Positions 36,720 through 49,972 of a DNA stretch of 64,000 nucleotides are shown in pieces. The number at the start of each line of letters is the position of its first letter. Position 1 is the stretch's first letter. The stretch lies in NCBI RefSeq assembly GCF_044704955.1, contig NC_091984.1:104532001-104596000 (forward strand). Reading direction: 5' to 3'. Origin of the DNA: Pristiophorus japonicus (lineage: Eukaryota). The notes under the pieces are model-generated. The model worked only from the letters and a program-made list of their open reading frames with translations, searched no databases and was not told the origin of the DNA. The position numbers and the translations under genes were made by a program.

Positions 36720-37090
36720 GCCTGGACTAAATATCCAGAGTTGAGAGTTCAACTAAAAACTAGTGTTAGTAATGGTGACCATGAAACTACTGGATTGTCG
36801 TAAAAACCCATCTCGTTCACTAATGTCCTTTAGGGAAGTAAATCTGCCATCCTTACCTGGTCTTGCCTATCTGTGACTTCAGACCCACAGCAATGTGATT
36901 GACTCTTAACTGCCCTCTGAAATGGCTTAGCAAGCCACTCAGTTGTACCAAACCGATACAAAGAAGTGGGAGGATCTTTACCACATGGACTGCAGCGGTT
37001 CAAGGCAGTGGCTTACCATCACTTTCTCAAGGCAATTAAGGATGAGCAATAAATGTTAGTCTTGCCAGTGACGCCCACATCCCATGAACA
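36720..37090 (+). mobile_element. SINE of a family repeated in this window
   Basis: Tail caataaatg..gccagtgacgcccacatcc also occurs at about 24240 (+) and 6305-6365 (-). Confidence 0.65.
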
Positions 37091-38947
37091 ATTTTTTTTA
37101 AAATAAAGTCTCCCACTTCTCCATTTCCCATACCAGCCTCAGATGGTCTGAACACGCTGCTGGGTAAGACTGCCATTGCCCTTTTTTCCCCCCTATATAT
37201 TGAGCCTTTTCTGTAGTCAGTATCATATCCCAAGTTGTTAGTGTGATTTCTGTTCTATAATTACTACAAGTAGTTTATCTTAGTTATTTCTGTACGTGGA
37301 GAAGAATAGCCACAATCTTTATCCCATGTTCATGAAAAGGTAAACTACCACCAAAATTTTGTTTCAATCATCGATAGTGTTTGCAAAATGTGTTCAAACA
37401 AACATTAGGGTAAAGTTCTTGCCAAATGACTGTGGCTCTTCCCTAATAAACAGTAAATCATATTCCTCTGAGTTTGCTTGGGTGAGAGGATCCAAAGGAG
37501 CTGATCTGATCTTGGCTGAGAGATGCTGAAGAGGCAGAATTGGAGGGCAAATCTTGCCCAGCTTTAGAGGCTAGTGAAAGTGACATTCATAAATGCCTAT
37601 CTTCTTGGAAGACCTCAAGGGCCGAGGAGAAAGCATTCAGGAAAGGAGAGAAGTTACTCGGATCGTCACAAATGGTTGTTTTCCTTAGTGCTAACTTCCT
37701 GGGAGTTATACTTCTATATGATCTTGTTTACAATAAGCAAAGAAAAAAAATGTTCAGTAATGTATTTCTAACATATTCTAACCTTTTTTTGTAAAATTCA
37801 TTAAATTGTTATAACAAGATACACACAACACTGCAGAAGTTCATCAGAATGGTGAGACTATGTAACAAAGGAAAAGCAAAGTAAGAATCGAAGTAGGAGG
37901 GCAGTGAAGAGATACTGGTGAAGCAGTCAATGAAACTAATAAAAAGGGTGCAGGGCAAAAAAGACAATGTTTGAAAGCAGTCTCAGCAATGCTACCTGAG
38001 ACTTCTATACCTCTGCATCTGGAGTAAATATAGTCATTCAACCAATGCCACACATTTGAAAAACAGACCAATAAAAAGTGAGTTAATTAGTGTATAAGTG
38101 AGGCAACAATGCTACCTCCAGAGGCTCAAGACCCAGAAACAACTGACAGCTCCAGATGCAGCACCACCCCAAGGGCAACGCAAACTGGTTTCCCAGCTGC
38201 TGGTGGGTTGACTAACTGAGCCTATCCATAAGCATCTTATTGTCACTGGCCCATGTGTACCTTCCCCAGCCAAGATGCAGTGACTTATAAACAACTGCAA
38301 GCCCACAGTTCTCCCGCTGTAGAACCCACAATATAAAAGGAACAGTTTCAAATGCACCAGAAACCTGAGCAATATTGTACAACTGCTTAAAAACAGTTTT
38401 GTAGCATAAATACAAAAGGCTAACAAGCTGTTCCTGTTTCCATGGATGATCATTACCTGCAGAAAGGGGCATTCAGATACAGTATCCCTGTAGTTAACAA
38501 CCTCCTATTAATGGTCATCAAAATTTACTTTGGCATCACTCCTGGCTGAAAGGTTGCTACAGATCATCACATTTAATAATAAGCTTCCCTCTGATAGTGT
38601 AATGGATGAATGCACTGCATGGTGTGATGCGTACTGAGCAATACAGAGCAGAAGGCCCCAGTTTGTGCTCAGTCAGGGTAGCAGTTGAAACATCACAGTA
38701 AGAACATTGCACCCCTAACTAGAGAGAGGGGGAAAAATGGTCATGATTCTTGCTCCTGATTGTTATCTGGTGACTCCTAATATGTGTGAATAGCTTTCAA
38801 AGTGAGGATATGATCAGGCTTAGCTATAATTCTGAACACTCACTCTCTAGGTGAGGTGCCAGAGGTCTCAAACCATAGGATGGGAGAAAGCAATGTAAAA
38901 GTCTAATGCTCTTGAGCTACTAGGTCTTGGTATGGATTCATACTCAC

Positions 38948-39076
38948 AGGGTCCAATTTCATCCGAACAGTCTCCACAGTTGTTGAATCCATGACACACT
39001 TTATCAATGTAAACCCACGAGCTAGGATCACCACATCTGAACACGAGATACCTCGGCAGATTGTGCGGCAAATCAC
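38948..39076 (-). CDS. LDLRAD1: LDLRAD1 exon (second LDLa-like module)
   Basis: DLPHNLPRYLVFRCGDPSSWVYIDKVCHGFNNCGDCSDEIGP; AG/GTGAG. Confidence 0.94.
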
Positions 39077-39161
39077 CTGACAGGACAGAGCAAGGCATCA
39101 GCTAAATCCACTTACAAGGAAATTGAAATTCAAAAAGAAAACTGCAATAAGGATTACCTAC

Positions 39162-39299
39162 TGCACATTGCAGGATTCTCATCTGCATCATCCAAACAGT
39201 CCTCGATCCAGTTACAAACTTGGGACGATTGCAAACAGGTGGCACTGTCGTCACACAGGAATCCTGAATGATTGTTTGCAGTTATGCAAAATCTGCTCT
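39162..39299 (-). CDS. LDLRAD1: LDLRAD1 exon (first LDLa module)
   Basis: SRFCITANNHSGFLCDDSATCLQSSQVCNWIEDCLDDADENPAMC; 138 nt. Confidence 0.93.
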
Positions 39300-39771
39300 C
39301 TGGAAAATATATATGTTGAGTTTTAACACTCTTCCTCCTCTCTTCCTGCACTACAATCAGGCAGAATTTCCTTTTGTAGTATTTAACAATTGCAAAAGTC
39401 CCAAAAACTGTCTAGCAAAACAAAGGCTAAGTGTGGAACTAAGTTATATAAACTAAAGAAAATCCCTAGTTTAACTGCGCCAACTTAGCTGCTGTCAGAC
39501 AAGGAAACAGTGGGGTGCTACAATTGGCATCGGCTGACCAGGAAAGGGGAGAGGAAAAAAATGAGACTAGTTTCTTGGTTGTGGTCACCGCCCTTTCACT
39601 CCTGCTGGAAGTGCATGTGGAAGGTGGGTGAGGGTGCCCATGGTAGCATAACCACTTGGGTTACGTACAGAAAGACCTGACAGAATCCCAACAGCTAAGG
39701 ATAAGTGGATGAAAATTAGAGGGGAAACACAGATTATATAAGCAGCTGCTCGTTTTAGTATATTGGAATAA

Positions 39772-40224
39772 AAAGACTTACATTTATATAACACATTTCA
39801 CGACCAAAAGCGCTTTACAGCCAATGAAGTATTTTTGAAGTGTAGTCACTGTTGTAATGTGGGAAATGCAGCAGCCAATTTGCACACAGCAAGCTCCCAC
39901 AAACAGCAATGTGATAATGACCAGCTAATCTGTTTTTATTATGTTGATTGAGGGATAAATATTGGCCAGGACACCAGGGATAACCCCCCTGCTCTTCTTC
40001 GAAATAGTGCCATGGGATCTTCTACGTCCACCTAAGAGGGCAGACGGGGCCTCGGTTTAACGTCTCATCTGAAAGACGGCACCTCCGACAGTGCAGCACT
40101 CCTTCAGCACTGCACTGGAGTGTCAGCTTAGATTTATGTGCTCAAGTCCCTGGAGTAGGACTTTGGTCCTGCAGCGTTTTGGGAGTGGGAGGCGAGTGCG
40201 CTACCCACTGAGCCACAGCTGACA
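39772..40224 (-). mobile_element. Full-length Deu-domain SINE (SacSINE1/AmnSINE1-like)
   Basis: tRNA-like head (tggctcagtgggtagc) and central gccgtctttcagatgagacgttaaaccgaggccccgtctgccc. Confidence 0.8.
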
Positions 40225-40554
40225 CTATTAAGCAAGAAGGTGAAAGCAATTAGGCTGAGTGAGGGACGCGAGGGTGAAGGCTTGCTTCCTGTGAGTGGGA
40301 TGTACAGTGGCATGGAGTTTCCGCTAGGGACGCAATTGGCACAATGCGCCAAAAATTGCCAGTTTTGCAACGTGAAGTAACCAAATTTCCAAGCAAATTC
40401 ATTAGCATAAACCAAAAGTAAAATCTCATGAATCAGTGCAATCAAGCAGCGTAATTGATCAAAATCAAGTTGTGACTGCAACTGAGCATTTTCCAGCACC
40501 ACAAAGTGGAGTAGGATTGCCAGGAATTGAGCCATTTTTCAATTGCCTGATTTA

Positions 40555-40830
40555 TCATCAGCATAGGCAGTCCCTCGAAATCGAGGAAGACTTGCTTCCA
40601 CTCTAAAAGTGAGTTCTCAGGTGACTGTACAGTCCAATATGGGAATTACAACTCTGTCACAGGTGGGACAGACAGTGGTTGAAGGAAAGGGTGGGTGAGT
40701 CGTCTGGTTTTCCCGCATACTCCTTCCGCTCTCTACATTTGGTTTCTGCATGCTGTCGGTGACAAGACTTGAGGTACTCAGTGCCCTCCCCGGATGCTCT
40801 TCTTCTATTTGTCTGATTTGATGCTCTCGG
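40555..40830 (-). mobile_element. RTE LINE 3' fragment
   Basis: TTVCPTCDR C-terminus and tail, as at 23217-23500. Confidence 0.8.
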
Positions 40831-41264
40831 TCTGAGATTTTAGTTGGCTTCAATTGACTGCTTTGATCTGCCCTTGGTACACAAGAACTGTGACCAGCAA
40901 CCAAATTGATGCCAGAAAAGGTGTGTCCTGCTCTGCTGTAATGTGTTAAATTTAGACTAATTTAAAGTAATTACACCAGCAGCAACAGGAGAAACACATG
41001 GTCAGGATTCAACTGACTGCTGGTCACTGCAGATACAGGTACTTAATGCTCAAGAAATGGGCGCAGTGTGATGAACGCCCTGGCGCAATCGCCGGAAACA
41101 TGTCATGCGCCCTGGGAGCATGGCCAGTATTAGTATTATGGCATGGACTGCATCAGCCAAACAGACTTTCGAACCAACATATATGATCGGATACTCTGGC
41201 ATAACGCGGGTATGGGCACAACTCGCTTAAATTTAAAATTCCTCAATCTGTAATGCTACTTAAT

Positions 41265-44200
41265 TCCGAGATTCCATTGGTACCTGGGCACAAATAACAT
41301 AGGAAACAGTAGGAATCGCAGGATAGCTCAGATGAATACGTGGCTTGAGGAGTGGTGCAGAAGGGAGGGATTCAAATTCCTGGGACATTGGAACCGGTTC
41401 TGGGGGAGGTGGGACCAGTACAAACCGGACGGTCTGCACCTGAGCAGGACCGGAACCAATGTCCTCGGGGGAATGTTTGCTAGTGCTGTTGGAGAGGGGT
41501 TAAACTAATACGGCAGGAGGATGGGAACCTATGCAGGGAGACAGAGAGAAGTAGAATGGGGACAGAAGCAAAAGATAGAAGAAAAGTAAAAGTTGAGGGC
41601 AGAGAAACCCAAGGTAAAAAGCAAAAAGGGCCACATTACAACAAAATCCTAAAGGGGCAAAGGGTGTTAAAAAGACAAGCCTGAAGGCTCTGTGCCTCAA
41701 TGCGAGCAGTATTTGGAAGGTGGACGAATTAACTGCACAGATAGCAGTTAACGGATATGATGTAATTGGCATCACGGAGACATGGCTCCAGGGTGACCAA
41801 GGCTGGGAACTCAACATCCAGGGGTATTCAACATTTAGGAAGGATAGACAGAAAGGAAAAGGAGGCGGGGTGGCGTTGCTGCTTAAAGAGGAAATTAATG
41901 CAATAGTAAGGAAGGACATTAGCTTGGATGATGTGGAATTTGTATGGGTAGAGCTACGGAATACCAAAGGGCAGAAAAAGCTAGTGGGAGTTGTGTACAG
42001 ACCACCAAACAGTAGTAATGAGGATGGGGACAGCATCAAACAAGACATGAGGGATGAGTGCAATAAAGGTACAGCAGTTATCATGGGCGACTTTAATCTA
42101 CATATTGATTGGGCTAATCAAACTGGTGCGGTGGAGGAGGATTTCCTGGAGTGTATTAGGGATGGTTTTCTAGACCAATATGTCGAGGAACCAACGGGAG
42201 AGCTGGCCATCCTAGACTGGGTGATGTGTAATGAGAAAGGACTAATTAACAATCTTTTTGTGTGAGGCCCCTTGGAGAAGAGTGACCATAATATGGTAGA
42301 ATTCTTTATTAAGCTGGAGAGTGACACAGTTAATTCAGAGACTAGTGTCCTGAACTTGGGGAAAGGTAACTTCGATGATATGAGACGTGAATTGGCTAGA
42401 ATAGACTGACAAATGATACTGAAAGGGTTGACGGTAGATAGGCAATGGCAAACATTTAAAGATCACATGGATGAACTTCAACAATTGTACATCCCTGTCT
42501 GGAGTAAAAATAAAACGGGGAAGGTGGCTAACAAGGGAAATTAAGGATAGTGTTAAATCCAAGGAAGAGGCATATAAATTGGCCAGAAAAAGCAGCAAAC
42601 CTGACGACTGGGAGAATTTTGTAATACAGCAGTGGATGACAAAGGTTTTAATTAGGAGGGGAAAAATAGAGTATGAGAGGAAGCTTGCTGGGAACATAAA
42701 AACTGACTGCAAAAGCTTCTATAGATATGTGAATAGAAAAAGATTAGTGAAAACAAACGTAGGTCCCCTGCAGTCAGATTCAGGTGAATTTATAATGGGG
42801 AACAAAGAAATGGCGGACCAGTTAAACAAATACTTTGGTTCTGTTTTCATGAAGGAAGGCACAAATAACCTTCCGGAAATACTAGAGGACCGAGGGTCTA
42901 GTGAGAAGGAGGAACTGAAGAATAGCCTTCTAAACGGGAAATTGTATTCGGGAACCTGATGGGATTGAAAGCTGATAAATCCCCGGGACCTGATAGTCTG
43001 CATCCCAGAGTACTTAAGGAAGTGGCCATAGAAATAGTGGATGCATTGGTGATCATTTTCTATCAGTCTATCGACTCTGGATAAGTTCCTATGGACTGGA
43101 GGGTAGCTAATGTAAAACCACTGTTTAAAAAAGGAGGGGGAGAGAAAACAGGTAATTATAGACCAGTTAGCCTGACATCAGTAGTGGGGAAAATGTTGGA
43201 ATCAAATATTAAAAAGATGAAATAGCAACGCATTTGGAAAGCAGTGACAGGATTGGTCCAAGTCAGCATGGATTTATGAAAGGGAAATCATGCTTGACAA
43301 ATCTTCTGGAATTTTTTGAGGATGTAACTAGTAGAGTAGACAAGGGAGAACCAGTGGATGTGGTGTATTTGGACTTTCAAAAGGCTTTTGACAAGGTCCC
43401 ACACAAGAGATTGGTGTGCAAAATTAAAGCACATGGTATTGGGGGTAATGTACAGATGTGGATAGAGAACTGGTTGGCAGACAGGAAGCAGAGAGTCGGG
43501 ATAAACGGGTCCTTTTCAGAATGGCAGGCAGTGACTAGTGGAGTGCCGCAGGGCTCAGTGCTGGGACCCCAGCTCTTTACAATATACAGTAACGATTTAG
43601 ATGAACGAATTGAGTGTAATATCTCCAAGTTTGCAGATGACACTAAACTGAGTGGCGGTGTGAGCTGTGAGGAGGACGCTAAATGGCTGCAGGGTGACTT
43701 GGACAGGTTAGGTGAGTGGGAAAATGCATGGCAGATGAAGTATAATGTGGATAAATGTGAGGTTATCCACTTTGGGGGCAAAAACACGAAGGCAGAATAT
43801 TATCTGAATGGCGGCAGATTAGGAAAGGGGAGGTGCAATGAGACCTGGGTTTCATGGTTCATCAGTCATTGAAAGTTGGCATGCAGGTACAGCAGGCGGT
43901 GAAGAAGGCAAATGGTATGTTGGCCTTCATAGCTAGGGGATTTGAGTATAGGAGCAGGGAGATCTTACTGCAGTTGTACAGGGTCTTGGTGAGGCCTCAC
44001 CTGGAACATTGTGTTCAGTTTTGGTCTCCTAATCTGAGGAAGGACATTTTTGCTATTGAGGGAGTGCAGCGAAGGTTCACCAGACTGATTCCCAGGATGG
44101 TGGGACTGACATATGAGGAGAGACTGGATCAACTGGGCCTTTATACATTGGAGTTTAGAAGGATGAGAGGGGATCTCATAGAAACTTATAAGATTCTGAC

Positions 44201-44552
44201 GGGACTGGACAGGTTAGATGCAGGAAGAAGGTTCGTGATGTTGGGGAAGTCCAGAACCAGGGGACACAGTCTTAGGATAAGGGGTACGCCATTTAGGACT
44301 GAGATGAGGAGAAACTTCTTCAATCAAGAGAGTTGTTAACCTGTGGAATGAGAGTTGTTGATGCCAGTTCATTGGATATATTCAAGAGGGAGTTAGATAT
44401 TGCCCTTACAGCTAAAGGGATCAAGGGGTATGGAGAGAAAGCAGAAAAGGGGTACTGAGGGAATGATCAGCCATGATCTTATTGAATAGTGGTGCAGGCT
44501 CGAAGGGCCGAATGGCCTACTCCTGCACCTATTTTCTATGTTTCTCTGTTTC
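41265..44552 (+). mobile_element. CR1 LINE: ORF1 esterase C-terminus and disrupted ORF2 (APE endonuclease and RT)
   Basis: WLEEWCRREGFKFLGHW; ITETWLQ; MGDFN; YLDFQKAFDKVPH; KFADD; several frameshifts and stops. Confidence 0.95.
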
Positions 44553-44731
44553 TATAAGCAATAGGGGCAGAAACAGGCCATTCGGCCCTTCGAGCCTGCA
44601 CCACCATTCAATAAGATCCTGGCTGATCATCTACCACCTTCTTGCACTACCTCCATAATCCCTCCATTCCCTTAGTATCCTAAACAAGAACAGAAGAAAT
44701 CATGCAAAAACTTCAGGCCTGTGTATCTAAC

Positions 44732-44869
44732 CTGGAGTACTTGCTGGGATGCCAAAGACCACAGCACACACCAATGCAGCGACAATAGCTCCCAGCATCA
44801 GCATCACAACTGCAGAGACCCAGCAGCAGTGCCTGGAACAGCAGCAACGCGAGTCACCCCGGCTACAAT
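44732..44869 (-). CDS. LDLRAD1: LDLRAD1 transmembrane exon
   Basis: CSRGDSRCCCSRHCCWVSAVVMLMLGAIVAALVCAVVFGIPASTP; 138 nt, phase 1/1. Confidence 0.92.
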
Positions 44870-44988
44870 CTGTTGGGGGTAAAGATAAACACACACATCA
44901 ATTAACATTCTCGTACAAAACCCATCCTTCGGAAATGCCCAACGCACCAAAAACAAAGCAGCCTAAATTTCCCACTCCCCACCTTTAC

Positions 44989-45052
44989 CTCTCTTGCTGC
45001 TGTTCGATACCATGGACATCGTTGAACCAAAAGAAGTGATATCAAAACTTCG
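44989..45052 (-). CDS. LDLRAD1: LDLRAD1 5' coding exon (start may be the internal ATG at 45019)
   Basis: RSFDITSFGSTMSMVSNSSKR; polypyrimidine-TAG acceptor, GTAAAG donor, phase fits the TM exon. Confidence 0.75.
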
Positions 45053-45770
45053 CTACATGTTGAAGGAAAACAAAAGTAGAGTGTTAGTAATGAGTATAAC
45101 CCTGCATTGAACATCTCAGTACTACTGTAGGGGGGGAATTCTCTGCGGTACCGTGCTGATATTTTCTGGGTGAGCCTTATTAGATCTCATTAGATCTCAT
45201 TCTCTTCAGTTCCTACCGCACGACCTGAGCCTTTATGGCTGGGGAGGTTTGGGTTCGCAGCTGCAGTGCATCGTTTTCCGTTCTTTCAATGTTAGTCCGT
45301 CACTTAGCTACTAAGTAAAACACAGATAAAGAAAATAGATGATGTCGTTTGTGCCAGGACTTCACCAAAGCAAATATTGTCCAGTACTCCAGCACACAAA
45401 TCTGAGCCTAGCGAGCCTGCCAAAAACACCCCAGATTACAATCGAAATGGAACAAATTTAAATTCTCAGCAAGATTTAAACTATGATAGTATAGGAACTG
45501 AAATAGTCAATATAAATGGCTTACAGGGTAAATGTAATTTTTTTAAGCTAATTTTCCATATAGTTCATGTTTCAGTCCATTACTTTTGTTTAGAGATTAG
45601 GTTCCAAGAAGATAAAGAATTTCCCTGGGCCGCAGCATCAAGAACATTAGATCTTCCATTAGATGCGGCGAGTCTGTAGACTTCACTGAATCGAACAAGA
45701 AATTGAACGCGTTTCAGACGAAGATTATAGCAGAGGTGACAGTTTGAATGATCTGATCTAAATGTTTTGG

Positions 45771-45798
45771 ATTGGTTTCATGGCGACTATCTTTTATA
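45771..45798 (-). promoter_or_regulatory. Candidate LDLRAD1 promoter: TATAAAAG, X-box and CCAAT cluster
   Basis: Minus strand TATAAAAG (45791-45798), GTCGCCATGAAAC (45775-45787) and CCAAT (45771-45775); GTAAG donor at 45524. Confidence 0.45.
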
Positions 45799-46079
45799 TT
45801 GACACACCGGGCCCGATTAAACCTCCCATCACAATCACTTGTACAGTCATTCGATCTTGAACATCTCCAGTTTGCTCAATGACAAAAGAACTTGGCATTT
45901 ATACAGTGCCTTTCATGTGGGGATTTCTAAATGAAGGGGCAGTTGGTGATTTATTAATTACTACAGTATAGCGGAGGCTTTATTTTACCACGATGACCAT
46001 ACAATGTTGCAAATGCCTTACACTGTTAAAATGGTCTCTTCCTAACTCAACCCTCCCACCCCCAAAACGCTGCAGGACC

Positions 46080-49000
46080 TGTTCCGTTTCGAATGACTCC
46101 ACAAGACTGTACATCTTCAGCTCAAACTGTTGTGACCTTGGTCTCTTTATTGTAACTCCACAGTGAGGAGGCAGCATGGTGGTCTGCCTTTTATACCTGC
46201 TTGCCCAGGGTGTGCAGGTGACCCTTGGGTCTCCCTTAGGTGCACCCCCTGGTGGCAAGTCTTACACATTGGTAGTGTTTACATACATAACATTATTCTC
46301 CCCCCCCCCCCCCAAAGTCTTATGCACAAGTTATTTATAAGTTGAGGCAATCCAGGGCCCTGAGTTCCTGAGTTGAAGTCCTGGCACGGGTGAGTTGGTC
46401 GGATCATTGCTGTATGGCTGCACGGCTGGTCTGCTCGGACTGTCGGGCATGGTGGGCTCATCCTTGTGGTTGACAGCGAGGTCGATTGCGTTCGTGGGTC
46501 ACTAGGGCCAGGTCCTTTCCAGTAGTTCCTGGTTATCTGTAGTTCGCAGTTTGATCTGCTCCAAATGCTTTCTGCATTTGCCCATTACATGGTTTCACAA
46601 CAAACACTCCATTTTCATCAAAAACATTCCATTCCCCTCTTTAGCTAATACAGTGATAGTAGCGCATCTCGGGCCATGATCATGGTCTACATCATTTATT
46701 CTAATGTCGCATGGAGGAGCCGTACTATCATGGTGCATTCTCTGCTGATAGCATACGGAAGGCCCGGTTCTGAGTGATTCAGCCCGGTGACTACATAGCA
46801 CCCGGGATAGCCAGGTCTGTGGGGAGTCGACCGTAACATGGGTGGTGCTCAGCTTTATGATTTGGGCTGCCCACTCCGGACTATTGTTGCTGACTCCAAG
46901 GTCCGGCAAGCCAAGGATGGCAGATATGGCCTTGAGACTTTCAGTAGTGGTGGGAGGCCGCGTGGTCCCCGTGGACCCTGGGCCATGGTATGGAGGCCCA
47001 GGACCACCAACTGTGTGTAGCCTCCCTGCCTTTCTTTGCAATGTTGCAGGGTTGCCCCATAGGGGCCAATCTGATGGGATGAGCATTTCGTCTTTGCGAC
47101 GGATAAGCTGCAACATCCCATCTAGCGGATCGCCGTTAGCAGGCGGCAACATGGGATCCTGGTTGGTCCAGGTCCTAGTCTGGGGAACCGTTACGGTTGA
47201 CCCCTCGCTTTCTAGCACTTCCATAACAACGAGCAGGTCTGCGGGCTGCGCCATTTCCACCCCGGTGATGGGCAACGGTAGCCAACTGAGGGCATCAGCG
47301 CCGTTCTCCGTGCCTGGCCCATGGCGGATCAATTTACAGTGCACAGACGGTGTTAGACCTATTCGAGACAGAGCATTGATAATGGCGCCTCAGCTCTCCA
47401 AAAAGAGAAATTGTCAATTGACTCGAGCAAATATTGGGGCACACTTTGGTACGTCTCTATTGTCCCGTGAATGCAGGCTACAGCCTTGGGTAACTTATTG
47501 GATACATATACAACCGGTTGGGGTTCGCCCGCTACTTTGGCTTGTTGTAAGGTATCCCCGACCCAATATGATAATACATCATTTGCCACGAATGGGCGCT
47601 CACATGGATTACACAGTGCAAACAACTTATTGGAATGTAGAGGATTCCTGGCCTTGTCAACGGCTGCCCCTTTACCTTTGCCCCATGCCCAGTCGTCTTC
47701 CTTGCTGGGCAACACATGCCTCTGTTTCGTTGCAGTGACATCCCGTGGTCTGGACGCACTCTCGTCTGTGTCCGTGATGCCGACTGCCGTGATCTTCCTC
47801 CCCAGGGATTTTGCCTCTGGTGTCGGGAAGACTCATTCAGATCGTTTCGGCCAGAGTCCCACTCTGCTCGGTCGACCTGGAGCCTCTTCCATCGTTGCGA
47901 AGAGGTCGTCGGCTTTGGGTGGTGGGTACCATGCCTGTACCGCTGCTCGGTTGATCTTCACCTCCTCGTGGTCGTGATGAGCGGCCTGTGCCTCGGGGAT
48001 CTGCTAATGGATCCGCACTTCGATGCCTGGTTCAGCTGAAGGTGGGGGCTTGCTCAACCTTTGAGCAAGGGAGATGTCATTCGCCGGAGAAGGTACACAG
48101 AGGTCGTCCCAGTTCCATCGAATCTTCCTCATCCACTTTCTACCAAGCAGCGTTGGCCCATCACCTGAAACAATCCACAGTGGTAAATCGTGCACCACTC
48201 CCTCATGGGATACTCTTATGTCCACACTGCCAATAACTGGTATCAGTTCCTTGGTGTAGGTGCGCAGCTGTACCTGAATCGGGATCAGCTTGGGTCGTTG
48301 TGTTCTGTCGCCCCACAGCCTCTCAAATGCCTTCTGGCTCATAATTGATTGACTTGCTCCCATGTCCCATTCCATGGAGACTGGAGTGCCATTAAGTTTA
48401 ACTTTTATTATCGGAAGGCTTTTGGTGGTGAAGTTGTGTATCCCATACACTTCCTCTTCATCCTCAGATTGAGTTGCCTCTCCTGCTCGTGGTTCAGTGT
48501 GGTCCACGCCGGATCGGTCATCGTCTGCCAACTCTGCCACGTGGTGAGTCACAGCACATTTGCTGGAGGTACCCCATTGTTTCACAGTCCTTGCACAAGT
48601 AGTGCTTGAATCGACATTGTTGGGCTCAATGATTACCCCCGCAGCGCCAACATGGTGCTAATGGATTCGCATTCATGCCCCACAGTGGGCTCCAAGTCAT
48701 CCTAGGTCTGGCCTCTGCGAGCGTGTAAGCCCTGCCATGTACAGTTGTGCCTGCTGAAGGTGTTATTTTATGCACACTACTTGCCGGTGAGTTCCGATGC
48801 TGCAATGATATCTGTTTAGTGTTGTTGTTCGTGGACATAAAAGCATAGGCTATCGTGATGGCCTTGCTCAGATCTAGGGATTCGCCAGACAGCAGTTTGC
48901 AAAGAATGACCTCGTGGCCGATTCCAAGCACGAAAAAGTCCCGCAACACCAACACTTCCCCCAAAAATCCAGCAAATACGCAGAGTCCCGGAAGGTGTCT

Positions 49001-49576
49001 TGGATCGGCGACATAGCTCGCCACGTCCTGGCCCTCGAAGCGGTGGTGCGTATAAAAGCGATACCTGGCCAACAAGATGCTCTCCTTCGGCTTGAGGTGT
49101 TTCCGAACCAGCGTGTACAGCTCTTATGTCTTCTCCGTTGGTTTTGTCGGTGCTAACAGATTTTTGAAGTGGTCATATATCGTGGACCTGCAAACAGTGA
49201 GGAGAATCACCCTGTGCTCGATTGCTATTTCTTCCTTTTCCAGCTCGTTGGCCACGAAATACTGGTCAAGACGCTCAACGAAGGTTTCCCAATCATCACC
49301 CTCAACAAATCTCTCAAGAATACTAATGGCAGCCATAACTGCATGAAAGTTTGCGATCTGTTACTCGTCGCCAATTGGTACGTTTAGAATAACTCCACAA
49401 GACACTACAACTTCAGTTCAAACTGTTATCTCTATTAGAACTCCAGAGTGAGGAGGCAGCATGGTAGTCTGCCTTTTATAGCTACTTGCCCAGGATGTGC
49501 AGGTGACCCTCGCATCTCTTACAGGTGTACCCCCGCTGGCAAATCTTACACATTGGTCCTGTTATATATGTAAACA
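46080..49576 (-). mobile_element. Degenerate Ty3/Gypsy LTR retrotransposon (Mag/K02A2.6-like) with both LTRs
   Basis: LTRs 46080-46292 and 49376-49576 (TG..CA). PBS TGGCGACGAG (tRNA-Ser type) next to the 5' LTR; G-rich PPT next to the 3' LTR. Gag ERFVEGDDWETFVERLDQYF, CWRCGGNH knuckle, protease-like WDMGAS; RT largely deleted. Confidence 0.9.
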
Positions 49577-49596
49577 CTACCAAAGTCAGTTTCTAG

Positions 49597-49972
49597 TTAG
49601 CTGTGGCTCCGTTGTCCATGAGTCAGATGGCTGTGTTCAATCCCACTCCACAGAATCTACCCTAACACTTAGCACAGTACCGAGGGAGTGATGTCGGAGA
49701 TATCCAATGAGACATTAAACTGAGGTTACCTATTAGTACCCATTAACCTGTCTGGCCTCACAGGTGGATGGAAACGATTCTATATTTTGAAAAAGAGCAG
49801 GAGAATTCTCCTCAACCAACATCAAAAAATTATCTGGTCATTATCACATTGGTGTTTGTGGGAGCTTGCTGTACGCAAATTAGCCATCATGTTGTCTACA
49901 TCACAACAGTGACTACACTTCAAAATGACTTCATTGGCTGTAAAGCCCTTTGGGATGTTCCAAGGTTGTGAA
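49597..49972 (+). mobile_element. Deu-domain SINE
   Basis: Diverged copy of 39772-40224. Confidence 0.75.

Noticed and set aside
40150-40224. tRNA gene
   Set aside because: It is the tRNA-derived head of a Deu SINE and has no complete cloverleaf.
46595-47977. Several long overlapping ORFs as novel genes
   Set aside because: They are decayed Gypsy pol remnants and their antisense shadows.
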